Position numbers and translations under genes: made by a program. A stretch of 64,000 bases of DNA from Camelus ferus (Eukaryota). Shown piece after piece: positions 52,601 through 64,000 of this stretch. The notes under the pieces are model-generated. The model did no database searches. It saw only the letters and a program-made list of their open reading frames with translations, and was not told the origin of the DNA. The stretch lies in NCBI RefSeq assembly GCF_009834535.1, contig NC_045696.1, forward strand, positions 30,630,001 through 30,694,000, written 5' to 3'. Position 1 is the first letter of the stretch, and each line of letters begins with the position of its first letter.

Positions 52601-54169
52601 CCACTTGCCCACAAAGCTAGGAATAGGAAGAGGTAGTTATTTTCCTTGCTGTTGATGTTTGTTCTATGTAAGAAGTGAGTACTTCTGAAAGATGAAAAAC
52701 AATTCTGTGTGTATGTGGAAGGAAAGTAAATAATACATATAAAGGTATGCATTTCAAATGTGAATATTTTTGATAAATGATCAGTATACTTAAAATGTAC
52801 ATAAACTATTTAACACTTTAATAGTATAGCAACTGGACACATACATTAGTATCACAGGGACAATACATTCAAAGACAAGTATTTGTTTTCCAAGATTTTA
52901 ATACAATATTTAATAAATATTTGTTGAATGAACAGATCAGCAATATGTGTTTCTCTCACCTCAGGTTTGAACAAAGAACTTAAATCACTTTTTTTGTGTG
53001 TGAATCAATTTTCAGTAAAACTGCAGTCATGAAAAATAATATCCATGATAGTCACCCAAAATTGGTGCATTCTATCCATTCTTTGTTTTATAATTTGATG
53101 TATCCAGAAATCAAGAAATTTCTATATTCAAACCAAATTAATTTCTAACAGAATCAGATGTATTGACTATTGCTTTTGCATCACATCATTCCTTAAATTT
53201 GCCTTATGGCTTGTGATAGCACACAGCCATAAGAAATCACTATTGCATTTGTAATAAGGATAATTTTGAGACTATTGTTCACATTAGTGTAGAATGACCT
53301 ATTTAAAAGGGCTCACAGGAGACCCTTCTCACTCTTCATTACCAGGAAAGCTGTTCTTTTACTAATAAAATTGATGGATATTATAAATCCTTCAGTCAAT
53401 CATATAACATTCAATAATTTATCTTCATTCTGGCTACTAAGAAGTTTAAGACAAATCCGTGGCTTATCTCAATGATACAGTACTTAACATATGCATGTTT
53501 AATAAACTTACCATATGGCTTAAATTAAATTTTCTATTTTTAGTGGCCCTCTGTCTTGTTTTTCTCACATTTATTTTTTAATATATTTTTGCACGCACAT
53601 AGCTAGAGGCTGCCTCAAATCCTCTACTAGAATGAGGCATGATGTAAATAGTAAATACATGCATAAACATAAATCATATATAATATATTTAAGATGGTAA
53701 GATCTCAAATATTGAATTGCATAAATGAGCAGGTATCTAAAATTCTCTCTGGAATCTTAAAGGGTAAACTTTACTCATTTTAGACTTTGGCAATGAATAC
53801 AGGCTTTGGAATGAGACATATTGAAACAGAGTTCACTGAAGATAATTTTTTCTCACCAGCCACACAATATTCTATTGCATTTTTCTAAATCCTGTTATAT
53901 AAAAAAAAAAGATACTCAGCTATTCCAGTATATAACAATGGATAAAATATAAAAGCAAAATATTTTGTAGAAAATAAATGTAGTTTACAAAACAACTAGC
54001 AACCCAAATTTTGCTGAATCAATGTATTGATTTTTAGGGAATATTTACTTTTTTATTTATGTCATATGGTTACAATTAGGTAACTTTGCTTAAGCAATGA
54101 ATATTACAAAATACAAAAGAAGCATTTGTTGGGCTTCTACTATGTTCCAAATCATTCTACGTATTTTCC

Positions 54170-54470
54170 ATCAGATTATTATACCAATAATTCTGCTTAA
54201 CTAACCATCTCAAAACTTAGTGGCCAAAAAGGGGCTAAGATTGTTCTTATTCATGCATGTGAAGTCTGGTAAATTTTGGGTAGAGTTGGCTATGCTGGCT
54301 CCAAGCTACAGGTTCAGTCTAGGTCTTCACACGTCTCTCATTTTCTTTGGACCAGCAGGCCAGGCAAAGCAATGTTTTTTGTTCTTTTCAATGTGATAGC
54401 AAAAGTGCAAGATGATGAGTCCAATTACACATGCACGTTTTAAGCCTCTGCTTAAAATACATATTTACAT
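54170..54470 (-). mobile_element. MaLR LTR fragment (MLT1-like)
   Basis: ataattctgcttaactaaccatctcaaaacttagtggc...caattacacatgcacgttttaagcctctgctt. Confidence 0.6.
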
Positions 54471-54919
54471 ATTACATATATGTAAATATAAATTTATATT
54501 TTCTATCTATAATATATGGTATGTATACATATAGTTTACATTGTGTAGCTGTCTAGGTGAGAAAAACATTTCTTGAATCTATTTTGCCCCATTTTTCAGA
54601 CAGTGCTCTCAAGTTCATCTTATGCCAAAGTCCCTTTTTATTAGCAAAGTCCACTGATCACCCATCTGCCCAAAAAAAATCATATGCCTAACAGAAAAGT
54701 CAAGTGTGAGGAAGCATACTCTGCCTCAAATAAGATAAATTGTAAACTCATATGGCACACAGTATAGGTTAATAATAAATGAATATTTGAGGACAATAAT
54801 TTTATTTTCCGCAGTCTGCCCTCTTCATTACACTTGGTCACATCTCTCATATATACAGAATACAGCAGCCTCTTCTCAAGAACTCTCAAAGTTGTCATCC
54901 AACCAAAATATTAGTCTTT

Positions 54920-57900
54920 GTTTGTTGGGATATAACTGACATATACATTATGTTAGTTTCAGATGTATAACACAGTGATTTTATATTTGTATGTATGGTG
55001 AAATGATCCCCACAGTAAGTTTAGTTAACATCCATCACCATGTATAGTTACAAAATTTTTTTCTTGTGATGAAAATTTTTACGATCTGCTCTCATAAGAT
55101 ATTTCAAATATATACCTAAAATATTGTTAACTATAGTCACCATGCTGTATATTACATCCTACGACATTTATTTTATAGCTGGAAGTTTGTACTTTTTAAC
55201 CTCCTTTACCAGTTTTACCCATCCCTCCAATTCCCGTGCCTTTGGCAACTATTAGTCTGTTCTCTGTATCTATGAGTTTACTTGTGTGTGTGTGTGTGTG
55301 TGTGTTTATTTTTAGATTTCCTATATAAGTGAGATAAGTTAGTATGTCATTCTCTGTCTGACTTATTTCACTCAGCATAATGCCTTCAAAGTCCATCCAT
55401 GTTGTTATAAATGGTAAGATTGCCTTCTTTTTTGACTGAAGAATATTTCATTGTGAATACCACAGTTTCTCTTTCTGTTTATCTATCAATGGACACTTAG
55501 GTCGCTTCCATATCTTTGCTGTTATAAAATAGGGCTACTATAAACATAGGGGTGTATATATCTTTTTGAGTTAGTGTTTTTCTTTTTCTTGGATAAATAC
55601 CCAGAAAAGGAATTGCTGGAACATATGGTGGTTGCATTTTTACTATCTTGAGAAACCTTCATGCTCTTTTCCATAGTGGTTACACAAATTTACATTCTCA
55701 ACAATGGTACACAAAAGTTCCTTTTTCTTCACATTCTCACCAACAATTGTATTTATTTTTTATTTGAAAATAGCCATTTTAACAGATGTGAGGTGATATT
55801 TCATTGTGATTTTGATTTACATTTCCATGATTTTAGTGATATTGAACATCTTTTCATGTTGGCCAATTGTATGTTTTCTCTGGAAACATGTCTTTTCATA
55901 TTCTATACTGATTTTTAATTGAAGTTTTTTGCTGTTGAGTTATATGAGTTTTCATATATTTTGGATATTAACCCCTTATCAGATATATGGTTTGCAAATA
56001 TTTTCTTCCATTTGGTGGTTGCCTTTTAATTTTTGATAGTTTTCTTTGTCATGCAAAAGCTTTCTAATTTAATGTAGTCCCACTTGTTTATTTTTGGCTT
56101 TTTTGTATGATGCATTTGAAGTTATTGTTGAATTTAGTTTGCTAATACTGTATTTGGATTTTGTGTCTATGTTCATGGGGGATATTGGCCTATAGTTTTC
56201 TTTTCTCGTGGCATCCTTGTCTGGTTTTGGTATCAGGGGAATGCTGGCTTCATGAAATGAGTTTGAAAGTGTTCCTTCCTCTTCAGTTCTTTAAAATAAT
56301 TTGAAAAGAATTGGTATCCTTTAATCATTTGGTGGAACTCACAGGGAAGCCTTCTGCTCCTGTAGTTTCATTTGTTTAGAGGTTTATGATTACTGATTCA
56401 AATACCCTACCAGTAATTTTTCTGTTCAGATTTTCTATTTTTTCATAATTCAGTCTTGATAGGTTGTATAATTATAGGAATTTATAAGTTTCTTATAGAT
56501 TGTCCAAAATGTTGATGGATAATTTTTCATAGTGGTGTCTTAATGATCATTCATATCTTAGTTTTATTGATCTTTTCAATTGTCTTTTTAGTCTCTGTTT
56601 CACTTATTTCTGCTCTGATCTTTGTTATTTCCTTTCTTCTACTAAATTAGGGCTTTGTTTGTACTTTTTCTAGTTCCTTGATGTGTAAAGTTAGGTTGTT
56701 TTGAGGTTTTTCTTGTTCCTTAAAGTCGTCCTTTACCAGTACTATTAGCCCGCCTAGCCCTGATTTTGCTGCCTCCCATAAGTTTTGATATACTCTATTT
56801 CAATTTTCATTTAACATATGTTTTATCTCTTTTGAATTCTTCTTTGACCCATTGGCTATTCAGTAGCATGTTGTTTGTATCCACATATTTGTGAATTTTC
56901 CAGTTTTCTTTTTGTAATTTATTTCTCATTTCTCGTTATGCTTAGAAAAAGTTGCTTGATAGGATTTCAATCTTTTAAATATATTAAGACTTATTTTGTG
57001 GTCTAAAGCATGAGGTAGCCCGCAGGATGTTTTATATGTACTTGAGAAGAATGTGTATTCTGTTGATTTTGGATAGACTATTCTATGTATATCTGTTAAA
57101 TCTATCTGATTGATTATCTTATTAGGGCCAATGTTTCCTTATTGATTTATGTCTGAATGATCTATCCATTGATGAAAATGGGCTATTAACGTCTCCTACT
57201 ACCATTTTATTGTTTTCTGTTTCTCCCTTTAGGTCTATTAATATTTACTTTGTGTATTTAGGTTATCCTATGTTGGGTACATTAATATTTACAAATACTA
57301 TATATGCTTGTTGGATTGACCTCTTTACTATTATGTAATGATCTTGTTTTTCTCTTATTAAAAATTTTAAAGTCATTTTGTCTGATAAGGTTATAAATAT
57401 AGCCACCTGGCTTTATTTTGGTTTCTATTTGCTTGGACTATATTTTTCTAGTTTTTCACTTTCAGTCTGTATGTGCCCTTACATATGAAGTGAGTGTCTT
57501 CTAGGCAGCATATAGATGTACCTTGTTTTTTATTCATTAAGCCACACTGTCTTTTGACTGAAGACTTTAGCCCATTTACATTTAAAGGAATTATTGATAG
57601 GTACATTTTGTCAATTATTTTCTGGGTGTTTTGTAGTTCTTCTTTTATTTTCTTTTTCTCTTCTGATTTGATGATTTTCTGTTCTAGTGTGCTTTGATTT
57701 CTTTCTTCATATTTTGTGTATCTGCTGTAGGTTTTTTCTTTGTGGTTACCATAAGATTTACATATAACAACTTATATTTAAAAGTCTGTTTTAGTTGATA
57801 ATGGCTTAAGTTTGATCACATTCTAAAGCTTTACATTTTTACTCTCTTCCCTCAGCATTTTGTGTTTCTTATGTCACAGTTTATATCTTTTTATCTTATA

Positions 57901-60900
57901 TATCCCTTAACAAATTTTTACAATTTTAATTTGCTACTTTTGTTTTTTAATCTTCATACTAGCTTTTTAAGTGATTAATCTACCTCCTTTACCACATTAG
58001 ATTATTCTGAATTTTACTGTATATTTACCTCTATCAGTGAGATTTATTTTTATGTTTTCCTGTTACTAATTAGTACCCTATCATTTCAGCTTAAACAAGT
58101 CCCTTTAACATTTCTTGTGAGGCCAGTCTAGTGGTGATGAACTTCTTTAGCTTTTGCTTGTTTGACAGATTCTCTCTCCCCCTCACTTTTGAATGACAGC
58201 TTTGCAGGGTAGAATATTCTTGGTTGGAAGTCTTTTTCTTCTAGCATTTTGACTGTAGCATGCCACTTCCTTCTGGTCTGCTGTGTTTCTGCTGAAAAAC
58301 CTGCTGATAGTCTTGAGTGTTTCCTTGTACATAACAAGTTGCTTTTCTCTTGCTGCTTCTAAGATTCTCTCTTTAAGTTTTCTACATTTTAATTATAATA
58401 TGTCTTGATGTGGGTCTCTTTGGATTTCTCTTTTTTGAAGCACTCTGGATTTCTTGGATCTGGGTATCTGTTTCCTTTCCCAAGTTAGGGAATTTTTCAG
58501 CCATTATTTATTCAAATAATTGTCTGTCCCTTTTTCTTTCCCCTCTTCTTCTGAGACTCCAGTAATGCTAATGCTGGTCCACTTGATGATATCCCATAAT
58601 TCTCTTAAGCTATATTAATCTCTTTATTCTTTTTCTTTCTTTTTGCTGCTCTGAATGGGTGAAATCTACTGCCTTGTCTTCAAGTTCACTGATCCTTTTT
58701 TCTGCTTTATCTAGTTCATTGTTGAACCCCTCTAGTGTGCTTTTCAGTTCAGATACTGAATTCTTCAGCTCTGTGATTTCTATTTGTTACTTTTTAATAT
58801 TTTCTCTCTCTTTATTGATGTTCTCACCGTGTTCATCCATTATTCTCCCAAACTGGATGAGCCCTTTGTGACTGTTTGCTTTAATTTATCAGTTAAATTA
58901 CTTATCTCCATTTCATTAAGAACTATTTCTGAGGTATTATCTTGTTCTTTGGTTTGAAATGTATTCTTATGTTTCCTCATTTTCCTTGACTCTCTGTGTT
59001 GATTCATTTGCATAAGATAAGAGTCACCTCTCCTAGCCATAAGGAAGTGGCCATGTGTATGAGATGAAACCTGTTGTTCAACCCTGCCCTAGCTCTTGGT
59101 TGTCTCTAAAACATTTGTGATTGTCTAAGTAATAGATTTTATTTTTAGTACCTCCCCATAGTTGAGGATCTGCTATAACCCGTCAGCGTCCCAAAGAGAA
59201 GGATCTCAACCTAGATTCAGCCTGATTGGAAGCCATATCCCTAGGCAGCACCTTTTAAAGAATACAAACATATACAGTCTTGTGTGACTGCAAGCACAAG
59301 CCTCACTGGCCAGTAGAGGCAGAGGACCTAAAAGTGTCCCCTGCATGGAATTTACAAAAATCAGGGTACCAGACAAAGTGTGTACACTACTTCCTAGGAG
59401 ATACTGGTGACCTGGAGTGAAGCAGATGGAGACCGCAAAAATGGTGTCTACCTGCCTTTGTCCCCACAGAGTATCTTAGTAGGCCCCTTTCTAGATGTGT
59501 GCAAACCAAAAGCATTCCCCCTCAGGTGGAAATTCCAGGAAAGGCAAATAAACCTCTTTTATAGAAAGGCTGGAGGTGTGTTACAGCCTGCTGCCTGTGC
59601 TAGATATTGGGTTGGTAGCCAGCTAAGAGTTATATCTCCATTTGTTATAGTCCCATGGGGCTCCTGATCACAAGCCCAGCTGACCACCAGAACCAGGTGA
59701 TCAAGGGGTCTCCCCTGGGAGGCATCCATAAAAAACAAGAGCACCAGACATAAAAACCAGGACTTAAGATACATGTAAAAACTTTATTCTGGGAGTTATT
59801 GGCACTTCTGAGTATGGCAGAGGGAGATTGAAAAGATAGGACCTGCTCTCTGTGGTGTCTGAAACAGATGACAGTCAGCCCTTTGATATGTGTTTTATTA
59901 AAAGGTTACCCCTAAGGCTAAAGCTATATAAATAAGCTAATAGGCCTCTTACACAGAAAGACTGGGCTCCTCAGGCTGTTGCTTCTTACTTTTTGTTTGG
60001 GCTGAAGTCCTATGGGACCCATGAGCGTATGTTCCAGTGGCCAGCATATCCAGACAATCTAGAGGTGTCCCATGGCAGCAGCCACAATAATCAAGATACA
60101 TGACAAAGGTATAAACTTCATTCTGGTAGATAACAGCAAGCTGGAGTGAGGCAGATGAAAAGCACAGAGATGATGTCCACTGGCTCCTGTTCCTTGAGAG
60201 CCCTTCCGTAGACTCCTTGGTATGTGTGAAATCCAAAACTTTGTCTCAGACTGGAGGTCCAAGACAAGTCAATAGGCCCTTTTCATAGAGACACTGGAGC
60301 TGTGTTTCAGTGTGCTGTCTGTGCAGTGCCCTGGTTTTGGTAGCTAGCCAACAATTGTCTCTCCAATTGTTACAGTCCACTGGGACCCTGGATTGCAGGC
60401 CAGGCTAGCTCCCAAAGCCAGGTGGTCAATGGGTCTCCCATACATGGCAGCCATAAAAACAAGGCATCAGACACTTGTAAAGGCACCCCTCGGGAGATAC
60501 TGGGGCTCTGGAGCATGACAGAGATAGTGTGTAAAGATGGTGCACCCCAAGGAAGAAAGAGCCTATGACTTAAAAAAAAAAAAAAGTGGTACCCACTGCT
60601 GGAGTGAGGTAGACAGAGAATGCAAAAATGGCTCCTGCCAGCCTCTAATGCTGGATAGTACCACAGCAGTCCTCTAGATTTGTGTTAAATTAGATGCCTA
60701 TCCCTTGGGCTGATGCTTTAAGGTAAGCAAGTGCACCTTTTTTATGGAGTCGATGCTTTTCAGATGGTTGTTTCTGCACTGGGACCTGGGGTGGATTAAG
60801 AATTACAACTCAGTTCACTATAGCTGTGTGGGTCTCGTGAGCCCCACTGATTTTCTAAGGTAGATGTTTTGGGTACTTATCTCTCAGGGCAGATCTTAAA

Positions 60901-61210
60901 AGCTGGTCACCTAGTATGGGGTTCAAACCCTTTTCTATTCAGGGAGGAGCTTCACGTTTTGAGTACCTTCCTAATTGTGGGTCACCAAGTTGAGGGCGGG
61001 GTTTATGATGATATTATGTCTCAGTCTTTTCTAATCATTTCAGTATAGTTCCCCCGCCCCATGTTCTCTTGATGTATAAGATTCACTCAGCTAGTTGATT
61101 GTGTGTGTTTTTTTTTCCCAAAGGAAATTGTTTCATATGTAGCAGTAGACTCAGTGTGTCTGCAGGAGGTGAGCTCAAGATCTCTGTATCCTGCCATCTT
61201 GAATTTGCCC
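54920..61210 (-). mobile_element. Near-full-length inactive L1 with an internal ORF2 deletion near 56100 and a long repetitive 5'UTR
   Basis: 3'UTR, ORF2 end (MDFEGIMLSEISQTE 55196-55396), ORF1 (RLSAGFSAETQQTRRKW...FQPRIFYPAKLSFKSEGE 58128-58337), 5' terminus ctgccatcttgaa near 61200, degenerate TSD ccaaaatattagtcttt / ccaaatatgacttt. Confidence 0.92.
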
Positions 61211-62479
61211 CCAAATATGACTTTCTCATAATTCTAGTCTTGAAGTCCAGGATCCCATGATCAACATTAAATCTATATGTAATTCCTTGTAATAATGATC
61301 TGTACATTTTTATTTGAACCCTAGAAATAGGCCAGCAGAAACATTTAATTGACTTCCAATGTTCAGCAACAGGCAGGATGATGATGCTCAGTATTGCTGT
61401 ATAATTCATGCTTTAGAGTATGTGCCCACCAAAGTGCCTTGAATATGTGCTAATTACATGTTAATACATGTGTTGATTTCCAGACAATTTGTTGAATGGA
61501 TTGAAACATAATCTGAGGATAAAGATAATTAATTCTATTAAACTGAATGTAACTCTAAGATGTTTATTTAAAAGTAAGGAGACAGGAAACAAGAGAATGA
61601 TATGCCTGTCAACAAGCTGGAAATTTTCATTTTTTTTCTTTAGAAGAGGAAAAAGCAAATGGAGAGCTATAGGAATTGAATGTATTCAAATTTAAAAAAT
61701 ATATTAAATCAGAGGTAGCATTGTCCTGAGGAGCATGACCTGACTCGGGAGAATGAGTCTGATTTAACAAACTTGTCTTGCTATATAAAATAAAGAAGTT
61801 GTACCACTAATAATCAGATTCTTGAAGTGGGCATAAGGAAAATAAATCAAGAAAATATCCTAGCACTTTTAAAGGAAAATGTGTAAGAACTTCATCCTGC
61901 ATTAACAGACTTGGACGTGTATTCCAGTGCACTTGGGAAAGGGGGGCAATAAAGGGTCTGAGAAATAGTTAGAGACTAATGCAGCTTTAGTGTTCATGTA
62001 TGTCCTGTTTGGAAAACTCTTTGAGAACATACCCAAGGTCTCAACCCAAGTTCTCTGACTTTCCTCCAGCAAGCCTTAGTGGATATTCAGTGAAGGATGA
62101 TCTTTGCCCAGAAAGTTCATTTCTGTTGCAACCTATCATCAGGGATGTACCTCTGTAAAAATTATTTTGGTATACTCACTATATATTATCACAAATATTC
62201 CTAGTTTCATTTATTCTGGAGAAATACTTTTTTTCCAGAAATTAAAACATGAAGATGGAAAATTATCTTATTATCCTTCTGCAAACTTTCTGATTTTCTG
62301 CTGCTGGAAAGCTGTTTGTCCAAACACCTGTGCAGCATCTCACTCCTTTCTGACCTCTGCTTACAGTGTACTTTCTAAAACAGATTTTTTCCTTTTTATT
62401 TGGAAGAAAATTCTCCATCACCATCACTTTGTTCTTTTAACCTCCTTTGTTCTTCCTCATAGCAATTATCCCTACTTGA

Positions 62480-63980
62480 CATAGGCATATTTCCTGTTTA
62501 TGGTGTCTGCCCTACTTGGACATAAGCTCCATAAAAACAAAGTATTTGTCTGTTTTGATTCATGGTTGTTCTGCTGTACTAGCACAGTGTCTGAACTTTG
62601 TTGAACAAATGAATGTATTTCCTCCATTAAACACAAATTTAAAGCAAATGTAGAGCTATAAAACCAACCCAAATTTTTGAGTCAACATAAAAATATATTT
62701 CAATACATATAAGTATAACGAACTTAGGGAAAAAAGAAAAGAAGTTATAAAAATCATATTCTGTTCATTAAAATGGCATGAACAGGAAACAATAGTTTGT
62801 GGACCACAGACACCACTTTGAACTGGTCTGATGTCTATGGACCATTTAAGAAACTTTGTTTTTTCTGAGTGATACTGGAAGCCACTGTAAGGTTTTGAAC
62901 AGAGAGGTTTTCAATTTATGTTTTATAAGTATTATTCTGACTACTTTGTAGAGAATAGATTTTGATGGGCAGATATGAAAGCAGCCAAACCAGTTTGGAA
63001 GTTGTTAAAATACTCCAAAGAAGGCAACAGTAACCCAAGTAGTGATCAAAGAGGGAGGTTAAGTTGGAATTATGGACACATTTAGAAGATAGAGCCAACA
63101 GAGCTTACTGATGAACTTTGTAAAATATGAAATATTGAGTAAAATCAAAAATGGATAAAGATTTTGGGACCTTAGTGTGGTGAAATATGGAGTCACCATT
63201 TCCTGAGGACAAATAGGGTAGGAGCAGATTTGGCATTTAAAGGTGAAGAGTCAGGAGTTGAAATTCAACCTTTTACACATTATTGGCTTTTTAGCACAGT
63301 GTAACAAATTGCTGCGAACTTGGCAGCTAAGGAGACCAAGCATTCATTATCCCACAGTTTCTGTAGGTCTGTTAAGTCTGGGCTTGACTTAACAGAATGT
63401 CCTGCTCAGGGTCTCACAAGGCTGAAATCAAGGTGTCCATCACTCTGGAGTTCTCATCTGGAGCACAGCATTCTCTTAAATGTTTATTCAGGTTGTTGGC
63501 AGAATTCTAGTCCTTGAAACTGCAGGCCTCATGCTCTGCTTTCTTGCTGGCTATAAACCTGAGGCCATTCTCAGCTTCTAGAATCTACATACCATCTCAT
63601 GCCAGGTGGTCCTCTCCATGACAGCACAGTAGCTTGTTCAAGACCAGTAGGAGAATCCTCTATGTCAGCTACCAAGCAATCTTACGTGAAGTAACATAAT
63701 CATGGAGTGACTACTCCATTATCTTGATAATATAACGTCATCAGTGGAGCATTGTCACATCACATTCCTAGGACCCTTCACAGTCAAGGCGTGAGGATTG
63801 TTCAGGTCCTGTATACCAGAAAGCGGGAAATTTGGGGACCATCTTAGAATTCCACACACCACAGATGCTTATCTGGTATCTGAGGGGGACCATCAAGTAA
63901 ATAATTAAATATAGAGATATGAAATTCAGAGGAGAGATCTGAGTTGGAGATACAGAATTGAACATTATGTTGGCTATTTT
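62480..63980. mobile_element. L2 relics, the right-hand one split by an MLT1 insertion
   Basis: cataagctccataaaaacaaag...ttgttgaacaaatgaatg; ggaagccactgtaaggttttgaacagag; tatgaaattcagaggagagatctgagttggagatac. Confidence 0.65.
63280..63861 (-). mobile_element. MaLR LTR (MLT1D/E-like) nested in L2
   Basis: gtgtaacaaattgctgc...ttatcccacagtttctgtagg...ggtctcacaaggctgaaatcaaggtgtc...gggaccatcttagaattccacacaccaca. Confidence 0.8.
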
Positions 63981-64000
63981 ACATTTACCACCCTCTCTTC

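Noticed and set aside
1..64000. tRNA, rRNA or snRNA genes, NUMT, endogenous non-retroviral element, CRISPR array
   Set aside because: No such sequence was recognised by eye. A very diverged copy cannot be excluded without Rfam and TBLASTN searches.

Overview
AT-rich, CpG-poor mammalian genomic DNA in which roughly half the sequence is interspersed repeat. The repeats are L1 LINEs of several ages (two near-full-length copies and one internally deleted copy), MIR and L2 relics, MaLR (MLT1) LTRs, two ERV1-type solo LTRs and microsatellites. The young L1 3' ends look cetartiodactyl, and I saw no Alu, B1, CHR, Bov-tA/BovB, PRE-1 or Can-SINE copies, which points to a camelid (inference, not proven). 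I cannot confidently identify any protein-coding gene, RNA gene or CRISPR array. Nearly all listed ORFs are L1 remnants or chance ORFs, and the window reads as a large intron or intergenic tract. The leads most worth checking in unique sequence are: (1) a CpG-enriched patch with an RFX X-box at about 52.3-52.6 kb followed by minus-strand splice sites, a possible germline or ciliary promoter; (2) plus-strand exon candidates at 7049-7110 and 37385-37480 that would join in frame into two hydrophobic segments; (3) a minus-strand spliced 33-aa micropeptide candidate at 37.2-37.8 kb; (4) a probable 5'-truncated retrocopy at 5.55-5.77 kb; (5) an L1 whose 5'UTR is fused directly to mid-ORF2. All exon calls are hypotheses from splice signals only. 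Repeat boundaries are approximate, and subfamily names are from memory of consensus sequences.
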